From positions 23,686,001 to 23,750,000 of the forward strand of contig CM052817.1 of assembly GCA_028534125.1 (NCBI GenBank): a stretch of DNA of 64,000 nt, in the 5' to 3' direction. The notes below the pieces were generated by a model that had not been told where the DNA came from, ran no database searches, and worked only from the letters and a program-made list of their open reading frames with translations. The position numbers and the translations under genes were made by a program. This DNA comes from Lama glama. Lineage: Eukaryota. Of this stretch, positions 1 to 12,289 are shown piece after piece. Within the stretch, counting starts at the first letter, position 1; each line of letters starts with the position of its first letter.

Positions 1-183
1 TCGCTATCAGGTCACCGGAATGGAATGAAATAGATCAGAGTACATGTACTTAATAAGGACAAATTTTGTTCATGAAACTGCTTTCGGATATACATACATA
101 TATATAGGCATGTGTGTTCTTGGATCACAGTATAAAATGCCTTTGTTACCATGAGTCACACTTTAAACTTTCGAGAGCCCCTG
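1..183. mobile_element. hAT-Charlie-type non-autonomous DNA transposon (end of element)
   Basis: Sequence resembles a Charlie MITE end (gatcacagtataaaatgcctttgttaccatgagtcac...tttcgagagcccctg), finishing in a TIR-like ...ccctg; subfamily not resolved. Confidence 0.55.
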
Positions 184-339
184 CGTTAGCTGCCTTCTTA
201 ATGCATTTCTAGCTAATAGAACCCATGGTAGGAGATTGAATCTGAGCTTAGTCATTCTATTTGAGAATTTTACGGGATGGTTCTTATTGTTTTCCACTCT
301 TGTTTCATATGTTACTTTTGTTTCTCCCAAAATACTTTG

Positions 340-500
340 CAATTGCCTTTATTATATAGCATTTATCTCCCATAATTATCATTATTTGTTTACATACCTA
401 TTGTCCCTCTAATTTTTTAAAGGCAAGGACAGCATCTTATGGTTTCTTTCGCCTCTTTCAAGGTTAACAAAGGGACCAATGAATCTTTGTGTGTTACAAA
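340..500 (+). mobile_element. L2 3' fragment
   Basis: tagcatttatc...attatttgtttacatacctattgtccct...aaggcaaggacagcatctt resembles the L2 3' end. Confidence 0.5.
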
Positions 501-629
501 GAAAAACATGAGTTGAAGGTCCATAGTGATGTTATACTGTTTAGATGATGTTAGTAGAGCTTTCAAATGTTCCTCCATATTTAAAAATTACAAAAAATTG
601 GGAGGGAAAATTGAGCCTGAACTTAAGAA

Positions 630-768
630 ATACGGATTCCTGACATGACTTTGCCATTCTAAGAAGATAACCTTGTGAAACTCATTTAACCTTTCTTGGC
701 CTAAGTTGCCACCTCTTTAATGAGGCAGGTAGACTGCATGATTTTTTAAGTCTCTCTCAGATTTAATG
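630..768 (+). mobile_element. MIR/MIR3 SINE
   Basis: Core accttgtgaaactcatttaacctttcttggcctaagttgcc plus MIR3-like tail gactgcatgatt...aagtctctctcagattt. Confidence 0.55.
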
Positions 769-1043
769 TTTTTTTTATTTTGTTGATGATCGCATATAGC
801 AGAAGATAAGATTAAATATAAGTGACAGTAAGAAAGAGATTTAGGATTGAGACCCCCTGATTATATAGTCAATGCTTTAACTCCCCCAAGATATATTATG
901 GTATAATGTTGATTATAAATTTTGGGAAAGAACTAAAAGCATTTCCAACAGCTCTGCTTTGGTAAATCAGGGAGCAATTCCAAATGCCAGTTCTAATAAA
1001 CTAGAAAACCAGGGAGAAGAAATGAAAACTGAATCTTGCTTAC

Positions 1044-1084
1044 TTTCTAGCTTTTGGTTGCATTCAATGGCTGTGGTGAATCCT
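1044..1084 (-). other. weak candidate small exon (41 nt)
   Basis: Minus strand reads aattgcacag|AGGATT...CTAGAAA|gtaagc; reasonable donor, poor polypyrimidine tract. Confidence 0.15.
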
Positions 1085-1309
1085 CTGTGCAATTATAAGT
1101 GGTTTCAATTTATAGAGTAATGCACCAGAATCACTGTTTTAACAGTTTTTTTTTCCAAGTTGGTAGGCTGCACATAAAGAAATCATTTTTCAGAAAAATA
1201 AAGTAATATATTTTTATTTTCAGAATGTCCAGAAGATGGTAGGTGCTTAGTATGTGTTTGGTGAATCTAACTATCAGCTTATAGCCATTGGGCATTTTTT
1301 GTATGTTTT

Positions 1310-1400
1310 TCTGTTTTATCCTCAAACAACTCCATAGGCTATGAGGCACTGTGATTCCTACTGTAAAGATGAGGAATTGAGGTTCATAGACAAATAACTG
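1310..1400 (-). mobile_element. MIR fragment
   Basis: atcctcaaacaactccatagg...gtaaagatgaggaattgaggttcatag matches the antisense MIR core. Confidence 0.55.
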
Positions 1401-3001
1401 GAGACTACTTCTACAGAATTGAAAATGTTATGACCTATATATGGGACAAATGAAAACATTCTGACGATGAATAAATGTCAGACAAATTGAGTATGAGCTC
1501 CAAAGTCAGAAATGAATTAGGTTCTAAGACAAATCCTAAGATTACAAACGTCTGTTGAAATTTTACAAATAGCTCAGTTCAGTGTTTTGTTTTTCTTGTT
1601 TTGTTTCAGATTCATTTGTTTACATAGGTACAGGGTCTCTGTAATAATAATGAGGAAAGTGTTATCTATCTTTTAAACATAGAAGATCCTTCTTAAGTGG
1701 TTAGCTTATAAATGAGATATAAAATAGCCATCAGGGATTAGGGAAAACCCCGGGTTTCATATATCTGCTGTCTAAGAGTGTGAATAGCAACATTCACTTT
1801 TTTAGAACATTCGTTAAAATTCTTATCCTTTCCAGTTTTCCTAAATAAAAGCTGCTTCAGAAAGAAAAATAATACCAGCTACTATCGGTCTCATGAGTGA
1901 TCCCACAGACCAAGCGTGCACCTGGCCTGTGTGTCTAGGGCCGAGGTACTTATGGGTTTGCTGCCAAGAGAAAGTAACTCTAAAGCCTGGCCGCAGGTGG
2001 TACTGTCATTTGGAAGACAACGCATCTCATTTCATTCCAAAGTATTTCTGACACTGCCTTGGCCATTTGAAATGACATAATTGAAAAACATACTATTGAC
2101 CACGATATCGAGGTTTTTTATTTTTTTAAGAGTGGATTGTCTTCATATTGCTGTGACCACCTCAATAAATAAAGAGTGACTTCAGCCCATCAATTGATGA
2201 CTGCCACCATCAATGGATTTTACATTTCATCTTCCAGTTTAGCACCTCCACAAACCATTACATTGCAGAACATCAATAGTATATTGATTTCAAATTGAGA
2301 TGTCGTATGAAATACTGGCCCTCACAACCTGATGAGGGTTGCAATTATTTCTATGCTATTTCACACCAAATGAGCAATTGACAGCAAGAATCCATGAAGA
2401 ACTAATAGTCTACAAAATGTCTTGCTCTAAATCACAAGGTTAAAAGAAAAATCTATTTCAGACTTGAAATACTTTAATATAAAGTAAGTCTATTTGCTAT
2501 GATCGATGTGGTCATGGAATTATTCATGTCAAAAGGAATATTTAGTCTTGATTTATAAATGTTTAGGGAAATGGGAATTATATCATAAATTGGGAATCAT
2601 TTCCCATGCTTTAAAAAAAATTACCCAGACTTTTGAATATTTAGATGCTGGGTCTGGCAATAATATAGGCTTTTCCTTTACCAAAATGAAAGGCATCTGG
2701 AAGGGAGGCAAAGGATTAATAGATCAGGGACCAGGCAGGATGGTCTTAGAAATAGAGGGGAAAATAGAGGAAATAGAAAGATATATTTCAATAATATGAA
2801 CTAGTTCAGTTCAATTTCACAGGCATACTGTGTATCAGCAACTGTGCTAGATACTGGAGATTCATAACCACAATAAAAGAGGCAAAACAGAAAAACTAGG
2901 ACAGCAAAGGTGAAAAGCACAATCAGTGATGTGTGGTGTCACTGCATCTTGGAGACAAGACACAGCAGAGTTGGCCAAGTTTGTATTTTCTAAAATATAA
3001 T

Positions 3002-3474
3002 TGTTGGGGTTGAATTGTGTTCCCCACAAAATTCACATGTTCAAGTCCTGTACCCCGTTATCTCAGAATGAGACCTTATTTGGAGATAGGGTCATTGCAC
3101 AGATGTCATTAGTTCAATTAGGATGAGGTCCTACTGGAGCAGGGTGGGCCACTAATCTTAGATGACTGGAGAACTTACAAGAAGGGCAAATTTGGACATA
3201 AACAGATGTACAGGGAGAAAGCCGTGTGAGGATGAAGACAGAGATCAGGGGATTCAGCAGAAGCCAAGGGAAGCCCAGGAGCATCAGCAAACAGCCGTGT
3301 GCCAGACAAGAGGAATGTGGCAGACTCCCCTCCACAGCCCTTGGGAGGAACCAACTCTGTGGACACCTTGATCTTGAACTTCTAGCCTCCAGAACTGCAA
3401 GAAAAGTAAATTTCTGGTTTTGGAATCATGCCACTTGTGGCATTTTGTTATAGCCACCCTAAGAAAATCATGCA
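3002..3474 (+). mobile_element. MaLR solo LTR, MLT1C-like
   Basis: TG..CA ends; typical start tgttggggttgaattgtgttcccc, gaccttatttggagatagggtc, and end gacaccttgatcttgaacttctagcctccagaactg...tttgttatagc. Confidence 0.9.
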
Positions 3475-3758
3475 GTCGTCAAAATATGTACTAAATTATT
3501 TTAAGTATTAGACGTATTTTCCATGAATCTTTATGTCAGGCTGCTTTTGCTAATTTCAGAGAATTCAAGTAGGAGGAAGGTGGGGGAGCTGTGGTAAGGA
3601 CAGACGGCAATACTAAGAAATGGAAACACAGAGCAAAGTCCTATGTCAGTGATTCTGGTTCAAAGTCACTCAGGCTCATTTTTTAATCATTCACGCTGTT
3701 TCCACTTTCTCTTTTCGTGTGTCCTCCCTGCCCTTCCCAGCTGGGTCACACTTCTTAC

Positions 3759-3794
3759 CTCAGTAGCACTTGAGTTTTCTGACATAGGATCAAC
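3759..3794 (-). other. candidate 36-nt internal exon of an unidentified minus-strand gene (phase-0 reading VDPMSENSSATE, or 5'UTR plus start MSENSSATE)
   Basis: Minus strand reads cttgctttatcttctgtag|GTTGATCCTATGTCAGAAAACTCAAGTGCTACTGAG|gtaaga: pyrimidine tract plus TAG acceptor, near-consensus GAG|GTAAGA donor, length divisible by 3, not in a repeat. Confidence 0.55.
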
Positions 3795-4364
3795 CTACAG
3801 AAGATAAAGCAAGTCTACACTATGTATACTTTTTTTCCGATTAAACAGTCCAAGATGAAAACTATGGCTTCATAAGAAACAGAAATGAGAATTTGATGCA
3901 ACATTTTGAAAGGTGCCCAAGTTTTGTTAGTATCACCTCTGAACTGGTGGGCTTACCTCCCCCAAATTGCAAGAAGGTGCTCAGAGCCGATATAAATATC
4001 ACTTAATATTCTCAGGCAGTGAACCTTTTAAAACAGATTAGCCTTGCAGAATAGAATAGACAGAAAGAAGAAAATTGCCTCAGAATTGTAGGATTAAATG
4101 GAAAATGTCTTTTAGGAGCAATTTGCTCTATTTTCAGTTTGTAAGTTGCTAGATTTGCATTTTCTTCCTACAGTGCATGTGTATGGCAGAATTTCTAACA
4201 AATAACGGAATTCAAGAAATCGGGTGACCACCATGATGATTGTTCAATAGGAAAATCATTCCTCCACTGTTACTCCGCTCTGATCAGCTTCAACAAGGGA
4301 CTAAGAAGCAGCACACATGCAATTGCTTTTCCAGAGCGTTTCCCTGAATCATATTACAGCAGAG

Positions 4365-4480
4365 CTTGTGTTCCTGGTCCCACTTCTTTATGCTGCAGAT
4401 GAGGAAATTCAAGGACAGATTTTTGGTGTTTTTAAATGCCTTCATCAAGGCCACCCAGATTGTTGCAACAAAGTAAGAGC
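4365..4480 (-). mobile_element. MIR/MIR3 fragment
   Basis: Reverse complement gtggccttgatgaaggcatttaa...ttgaatttcctcatctgcagcataaagaagtgggacc resembles the MIR core. Confidence 0.5.
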
Positions 4481-6474
4481 ATCAATTCCATATTTCAAGT
4501 CCTGTTCCCGATGATCAGAGCAGCGTATGCTGTCAGTAACAGGTAAACCATCATCCTACCCTGTTCCCTCTAAAGTCATTGACATAAGATGTTGAAGCCA
4601 TTAAAAGCAAGGATGAGTGCAGTAAGGCTTTTTCACATTGCATATTAAAAGGATACACTTTGCTTCCCAAGATCCGACATTATATAGAAGATCGTATTTT
4701 CTGTGCAGAACGGCTACAGATCCACTCTTACCCAAGTTACCTGAACCCACCTGTGCCCTAAAATCTATCCTGCAATACTCAGTTCAAAAATATATAATCC
4801 AGCTGTCATAAATATTGCCAACTTTCCTTAGAGACAGATTTCAAGTTATCACAATATTCCATTTCCTGTAAAGTCTCTTACATTTTTAATTACTCTGTGT
4901 CTTATTCTAAAGGCTCTTTGATAGTGTGAGATTGAGGAAGAAAAATATTAATATTAACAGTAAAATGTGATGCATCAATCTCAATAAGGCTTGACAGTCT
5001 TGTGGTATTGAAATCTAGTGTCATTAACTGTTTCGGTCTTGTATATGTTTAACAATTCTTATTTCTGTCCAGTTTATTTTAAACCACTAATAGTTTTATT
5101 TAAACTTGAACCATAGAGATGACTTGTTTCCATTTCACCCATATTTTGTCACAACTCAAAAAAAAATGAGGATATTGTCGAAAGAGTTCTGTTTATCCTG
5201 TTGTGCATATGGTAAGCATTAGAGAATCCATCTCGTTTCAGATGCATGTTTAATTCTAGTGTATTCTCTATCTAGACATGTTTCCAAAAAAAAAACATAA
5301 AGGATTGCCACACTGCAGAACTATTTACCGCAAACTACAGATCATGAGCACTATATTTTCTGGTACTGTGGTTTCAATTAACGTCTCATTAAGAAATTAA
5401 TGAAGGCCGTTTCCATGCATGGCAGAAAGAAAAATAGTCTATGATGTGCTCAGTAGGAATTAATGACAGTGCTGAAATCTAGCAAAGGAGGCAGGAAGGC
5501 ATGAAGGAGTTAAGCTAAGAAAAGTTAGGAAAACAATTTTCAGGTCATCTAGAACTTGTGGAGAAATAGAGAATGTGCTATGGATTGACTTGCCATATTT
5601 TTTTTTTTCCTTTTCAGTATGGATCATATTTATTTAGAAACCAAAAGGCTATATAAAACTTGCTATCATACTCTACATACATAATAAACCCAGTCTTTGA
5701 GAAAGAAAAGTCAAAAACAAGAGGAAATTTGAGTTAGATTGAATCAGCGTTTGAATTGAAACAGAGCTAAAGCTAGAGGTGGCATTAGAGACAGTCAGCA
5801 TCGAGCTAATTAGAGTCCCAGGTCAGCTCCGTCCTGCTTCAGTTCTCTTGCAGATGCCGGAGACTGGGAAAAACCACAAGGCAGAAGCACCCAGTCTCAA
5901 GACAGTGTAGGTCAAATCAAAACTGTCTCTACCTCTCTCTTTTCAGGGTACTGCTGTTCACCATTCAGATTTTAAACAGCAGTCTGTTGATTTCTGACAC
6001 CCATGTCTGCTGCTGACTGCTTGTCACTGTAGGAAAGGTGTGTCTCCTGATGACCCAGGCCTGGACACTGTGTGGACTTCCTTCCTGGTCTCTCTCTCTG
6101 TCTCTCTGAGCACGCTAGTCAGCTGTCTCAGTGTTAAGGCTTTTTGCATCATTTGATCAATGTTTTATCACTGCTGGGAAAAAGGTACACAACTGGGTGA
6201 GAGGTGCTTTCAATATTCTCTGCTGGAAAAGGGATTCACCAATCAGATGCTGAAATATCCTTTCCATTGAGAATACCTCCTACGAGGCACCATTAACAAT
6301 CCGGTTCCAGCTGCCTCCCCTTCTTGTGTTTACCTTTTTAAATTCCTTTGGGTTCGGGGGAGAAATTTATGTACCACAATAGAAAACAATAAAAATAAAA
6401 CCAAGTGTTAGATTGTGTTCCCAGCAGATCCAATATCCAGAGAAGGACTTAACACTTTTGTTGCTTCTCAGTCA

Positions 6475-6885
6475 GGAATGCATAACCTGAATCTAATCAT
6501 GAGGAAACATCAGACAAACCCAAACTGAGAATCATTCTATAAAATAACTGGCCTAGATTCCTCAAAAATGTCAGTGTCCTCTAAGGTACTGAAAAACTAA
6601 GGGACTTTTCCAGACTGAAGGAGAAAAAGGAGCCTCGGCAAGTAAATGCTTTATGTGATCCCACACCGCACCCTTTATGGGGAAAAAAAATGCCATGAAG
6701 GACATTATTGGGACAAAAATCAGGGTATGATTCATAGAATAAAGTATCCATGTTAAATTATTTACATTTGATAACTTTATAGGTCACATAATTTCTTATG
6801 TGAATATTCTTATTCCTAGGAAAGACACATTAAAATGTTAAGAGACAAAAAGATCATTGTACATGCAAACTATTTTCAAATGTGC
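6475..6885 (+). mobile_element. L1MC4/L1MC5-type 3' UTR fragment
   Basis: Diagnostic aatgcataacctgaatctaatcatgaggaaacatcagacaaacccaaactgag and aaggacattattgggacaa. Confidence 0.85.
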
Positions 6886-6914
6886 CTCTTTTTTGTCACA
6901 CATCTGAAATACAT

Positions 6915-7160
6915 TGTTTTATTTTTAACTTTTTATTTTAAAGAATTTCAAATTCCCCAAAAAGTTACAAGAATAATACAGAGGACTTCTGTACCTCCTT
7001 TGCACGGATACATTCACTGTGAACATTTTGCCACATCTTTTGCCATCCTGCCTCTCAGTGATACCTAATATAATATATATGTTTATGTGTATGCATTTGT
7101 GGGCATATATATTATGCATATACAGATGTACATATATATACATACCTGGGAGAACATCTT
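6915..7160 (-). mobile_element. old L1 (L1MC-type) extreme 3' end, followed by (TA/TG)n
   Basis: aactttttatttaaagaatttcaaa...aaaagttacaagaataatacagagga...aacattttgccacat is an antisense L1MC 3' terminus. Confidence 0.7.
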
Positions 7161-8559
7161 GAAAGACAATGCTTAACTCCCTTCTTTTGAGCTTGTGGAA
7201 AATATTTAACAAAAACATAAAATAAATTGCATATGGTTATTCACCCACTGAGAAAATGAAAGACATATGAGCCCAGTAAATATCTATCTGTTTGCAATAT
7301 AATCTGCCTCCACATAAAATTAGAAGACAAAATTGAGTGTATTGGTAACTGCATTTGCATGGTCAATTATACTTGCTTTACTAAAGTGAATATTGCTGAA
7401 CTTGTTAAGAGAAAAAAAAAAAACAACCTAAGCTATAATGATAAAGCTGTTCATAACTCCTTCCAGCTGGGTAAAATATTCACTGTTAGACAGGGTCCTC
7501 AGGTGCCCTTTCTTTGGGAAATAAAGAACAAAACTGATAAAAAGATTGTCCATCCTCAGCAGTGCCCAAATGTTGATGATCATGTTGTTTCTAACTAAAT
7601 TTTTTTTTCCTGTTTTTCATATCCTGCTTTGAATCATTCCATTGGAATCCAGCTGAGCTCAGTCAGGCTTGCAATGTTGAATGTGTCTGCCAGGCAGGCT
7701 TAACTATTTCTTAGATGCTTAGAGGATACTGGAAAGGTTACTGTATTAAAGTTGTTGATGTATATGAATTAAGACTGTCCTTTCTCAGGTGTAAGCCAGC
7801 ATGTGGTGTTTCTGAAGATGAGACGATCTGGCAGTAATTACAAATGCTGAAGCTGTCATTCTTCTAAGCTAGCTGTCAAGCACACTGCCAGAATGAGTCA
7901 CCTAGTGAATTTTACTGAGTACCTTAAATAGTGATGTATTTTCAAGTTAAGGAAAACATACAAGACAAAAACAGACCCATGTTTTAACTGCTAAAATCTA
8001 AGATTTTTTTTACTAACAATTAAATCACTGAAATAGGAGTTAAATCAAATCTACTATCTTTGACTACCTGCTAAAATCTAATTCTGCCTCTTACCAAAGA
8101 GGCCATGACTGTGTTTATCAAATGGTGGTATCCTTACTCCTAAGAGTAACAATGCTGGGCCATGGGGCAGTCAAACATTTAGAGGAATGTGTCATTTTTC
8201 TCAATTTGCAATGTAAAGAAATCCAAAACAATATTTAAAAGATAAAATCAATAAATTACAGTGAAATGCAAAATGTGTATACATTTTTATACTTTTTTTT
8301 TTATACATGATAACTCTCCTACTGTAGAGTTTGTTGATCCCAAACAACAAAATCCAATTGCAGATAATTTCAGGAGAAAAAAAAAGAAACTTACAGAATA
8401 AGACAAGTAACTCACAGAACTGAGGGAGGAGAGAAAATAAGGGGGAAAGGGGACCTAAGAAGACAACTGGGAACCAGAACTCGAAATAGTAGAAACTAAT
8501 GGTCTCTCTAGTATCCTTTTATCTGAATGACAAAGCTGAGTTTATTTAATGTAGAAAAG

Positions 8560-8880
8560 AAGAGATAACATGGACAGGTTGGCTGTCTTCAATAAAGACA
8601 TTAGGTCAGTGAGCAATAAGACTCTTTCTAGATTCAAAAGGAAGAACAGAACTTAGAGTGGAATTTTTATCTAATGAAATGACCAAAAGACAGATTTCAG
8701 CTAAGTAACAATTAGAACCACTCTGAAGAGAGGTCAAGACACCGTTCATAGAGGTGACTCCAAAGAGCAACTGGTTGACCACCATGTGGCCAGGATTTGA
8801 CAAAGGCAATTTCCAACTTGTTTGAATGTTTATCAGGTGATTTCCAAGATCCTTCCCAGTTTAAGATTATACGATTTCCT
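8560..8880 (+). mobile_element. CR1/L3 3' end
   Basis: acagatttcagct...gaccaccatgtggccaggat...ggtgatttccaagatccttcccagtttaagattatacgatt resembles the L3 3' terminus. Confidence 0.6.
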
Positions 8881-9502
8881 CTTGATGCTGATATAATCTT
8901 CTGTATCAAAAATATTTTGCCCAGGAAATTATGTCCAAAGCCCAGTGTAGCCTCTTCAGAAACAGTTGTAGAGAGTGTCTCTTATTTCAAAAGATACTAT
9001 GCTAGCATTCAAAAAATTACTAGTAACTTTCAAAATGCCCAAGTTAATCTATAATTTGTCCATTTAAAACCAGAAGTAGGGTATATTTTATTAGCTTGTC
9101 TTTTTCATCTAACTCTTTTGCTTGTTAATATTAATCTCCAACTTGCAGAAGATCTGGGTACAGAGGCTTGAAACTATGGACTCAGATTGTTACAACTATA
9201 TATTGACTATACATCGTCACAATAAATCTCTGATAATGTGAATATTTCCTAATCAAATGATTTTTGCCTATAACCTGATGGATTCTCAGAAGTAGTTTTA
9301 ATATAGGTCCACCCGCTTTCTGAAAAAGCATTTATAATTTCACCTTTTTGCAGGTGGTATGCAAAATACACTTCCAGTGAGAAAATACAAAATCATCAAA
9401 AAGCTCCTGAACTTATCTCTGGCAAAATAAATATCAGCATTTCTTGTTTGTAGCTCAGTGGTTTACATTATTTACAAACAAAATCTCAACGGTTTGTGCC
9501 TT

Positions 9503-9534
9503 ACACACACACACACACATACACACCACACCAC
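9503..9534. repeat. (CA)n microsatellite
   Basis: acacacacacacacacatacacaccacaccac seen directly. Confidence 0.9.
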
Positions 9535-10664
9535 AATCTAATATACTGAGTGATTAAATTTGAGTTTTTACTGAAGATCAAATAGAAATCAAGATTTAAA
9601 TCATAGCATAAAATTAATGAGATCCTGAAGTTTCCAGTTTCTTGGTAGAAAGAAAACAAACAATTAAAAAGTAAAGGCAATGTTGACCTTAATGTTTTTT
9701 ATTTTAAAAGAAAAATGTAGCCAGGTTGGTAGAAATAATAAAGGGGGGAAAGGGTGTAAAATCCGTTAGACATTTTCTCACAAGAGGTGGCAAGATTTCT
9801 TTGAAAAAATTAAACTCCAGCAGAGTATAGGATATTTTCTTTATTTTTAGTTCAAAATCTGTTACGAAGAAAAAGTTCCAGGGAAGAGAAGTATAAATGG
9901 CAGCACCAGGCCTCCAAAACTCCCCAGACGCCTCACACCTCCCGGGGATGCAGTTGTCTCTCCCGCCCACAGAGCTCAATCACTCCTGCAGCCCCCGTTT
10001 TCAGCCATCTGAGGACAACTCATCAATATCACTGATAGCAAACCCAATCTGTGTTCTGGTGGGAAAGTTAACAGCGAACGTATCCAAAATACCATCTATC
10101 CCAGAAGACACACTGATGTTCCAGAATTAAGAAATATGGTTTCTTCTCATATTACAACCATTGTGAATAATTGTTGACTCCTCTGCAATTTGAATGATGA
10201 ATTAACAGAAACTATGAGAAGGCATCTAGAGGTTGTGCAAGAGCATGAAGCACCATAACGTGTTCCTCAAATCAACCCCACGTGTTATTAAGCAAATCTT
10301 TTTATCTCTGTATGCTCTCTCTCTATAGATAATAATAGTATATAATATTCATTATGTAATAGCATATAATATATAACACAATATATAATAGTAATATAAG
10401 GTATATTAATCAAATTGAATATTAGGATTATATTGATCCCTTAATCTGATATTGTTATTATCTCAGAGCTTTGAGAAAATGAAATTAAAAGAGTACAGAA
10501 AAGTATTTTGGAAGAGAAGCAAAACAATCTTGTGTCATTTTATCTTAAATCACTGTTTCACTATGAAAAATAGTGATGAATTGGAACATAAAATACTATG
10601 TTCATTTTGTGCTATTACTCATATAGATATTAATAAAGTAATGCAGTGAGTCCAGCACAGTGAA

Positions 10665-10870
10665 CGACATAGAGAAGAGGTTAAGAACATGGAGCCAGGT
10701 TAACTAGATTTTAAATCCTGGATTTAATAAGCATTGAGTTGTTTATTTCTAAGTAAGCTTTGGCAAATTACTTACTTCCAGTGTCCAATTTGTGAAAATG
10801 GAATGATAATAGTAGTGATATTGCTAGGGTTATTATAAAATTGCAATAAGTAAATATCATGCACAACAAG
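10665..10870 (+). mobile_element. MIR SINE
   Basis: ggttaagaacatggagcc...taaatcctgg...tttggcaaattactta...tttgtgaaaatggaatgataatagta. Confidence 0.75.
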
Positions 10871-12289
10871 TATGTTATAATGGAGAAAAAAAAGTTTGCT
10901 TTTAATTTGTATGTCCGCACATATCCTCAGACACAAACATGCTCTTTCCCAAACATATATGCACACATATCAAATAAAAGTGCTCTGGGGGTTATTTGGA
11001 AACGAAGAGTTATCGTGAAGAGCATTGCTTCTGGAAGCAGAGGCTTGGGGTTCATTTACCAGAACCAGCAGCAACCACTGTAGTGCAGTTTGTGGCTTTT
11101 TGACACGCTCCTTTCCCAATATTTTTGCAGCCAGTTTCTCTATGTTCCAGAACTAAAGCATTGACAAGCTTCGAAGATTACAAATAAATCTCTTCAATTT
11201 ACTCTGGATCCTGTATTGTACTCTTAATCAGAGCCCCCCTTTTTAATGTGTCTGTGTCTATCTTAAGTACTAGAGACGTAAAGTAATGCTTTAGGAATTT
11301 ATTTAACACAGTGGTAGAAGTTTCATTTTAAAAATCCATATAGGAAATAATGAGGGGAGACCACTGAAATTAAGCCATTTTAATCTGTAGATCACATTAA
11401 ATTGGGTTTGAATTCCCAGAATGTATCAGGGCTGCAGTCGTTAGAAGTCTCTGTGCTGAAATACAAAAATAGAACATGTGGAGGTTTTTTCCCCCCTCCC
11501 ACTTTTTAAGTCTAGATTAAAGTTGTTAATGTAAGGGAAAAAAACACCAGTGATTACTGTTAAATGTCAATATTTCCCAATATTCTTCCCATTTTCATTC
11601 TTCTTCTATTACGTGCTTTTTCAAGTGTGTGTTCACACACGAGCACACAAAGCTATTGGTGTCAGGGCACATATTATATTGAGAAAATACCAGATCTGTT
11701 GAATTTAAAGATATAGCCCAGGGGAAATTTAGATTTTTCTTCAGGAAGACACTTCTCTTTCTGGCTTTCATTTTCTCAAAGATATTTAATATATTGAAGA
11801 GATATTTAAACATTTAATATATTGAGACCATAATGAAGAGTGTTTCCCATGAGAAAAGGGAGAGGAAAGTCAAGAAAAAAGAATGGCTAGAAAAGCAATG
11901 TGGCTGAGATGCAAAGAGATGAGGAAGAGATGGAAGTTGGTGTGTTTTATGATCAACGATGGTCTGTGCCCTATGCCCTGTATCCTGCCTCCAACAAGTC
12001 ATAGGAGGGACAGAAATGTATCTGAAAGAAATGGCTGGATCGAGGGTACGCAGACTACCAGCCTTCCCAAGACTTCTGTGCCCCAAGGTGAACAGAAGCA
12101 GCAGAATGGCATCCTTCCAATGCTCCCTGCAGGACAGGAGAGTGGGCTCCTCACAGGGAGCCCTGTAGGCGTAAGCCATGCATGAGAGATCTTCTCCATG
12201 CTTTGGCTCTCAGTCATGGGATGATTTTATCTCACACTAAGGGACAGAAGCCATAATAAAGATTTCCTTTCTGTGTCTCTCAAAGGGTC

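Noticed and set aside
11814..12217. Four overlapping ORFs of 69-121 aa on both strands
   Set aside because: A locally GC-richer patch with few stop codons; no recognisable domain and no convincing splice or retrocopy hallmarks.
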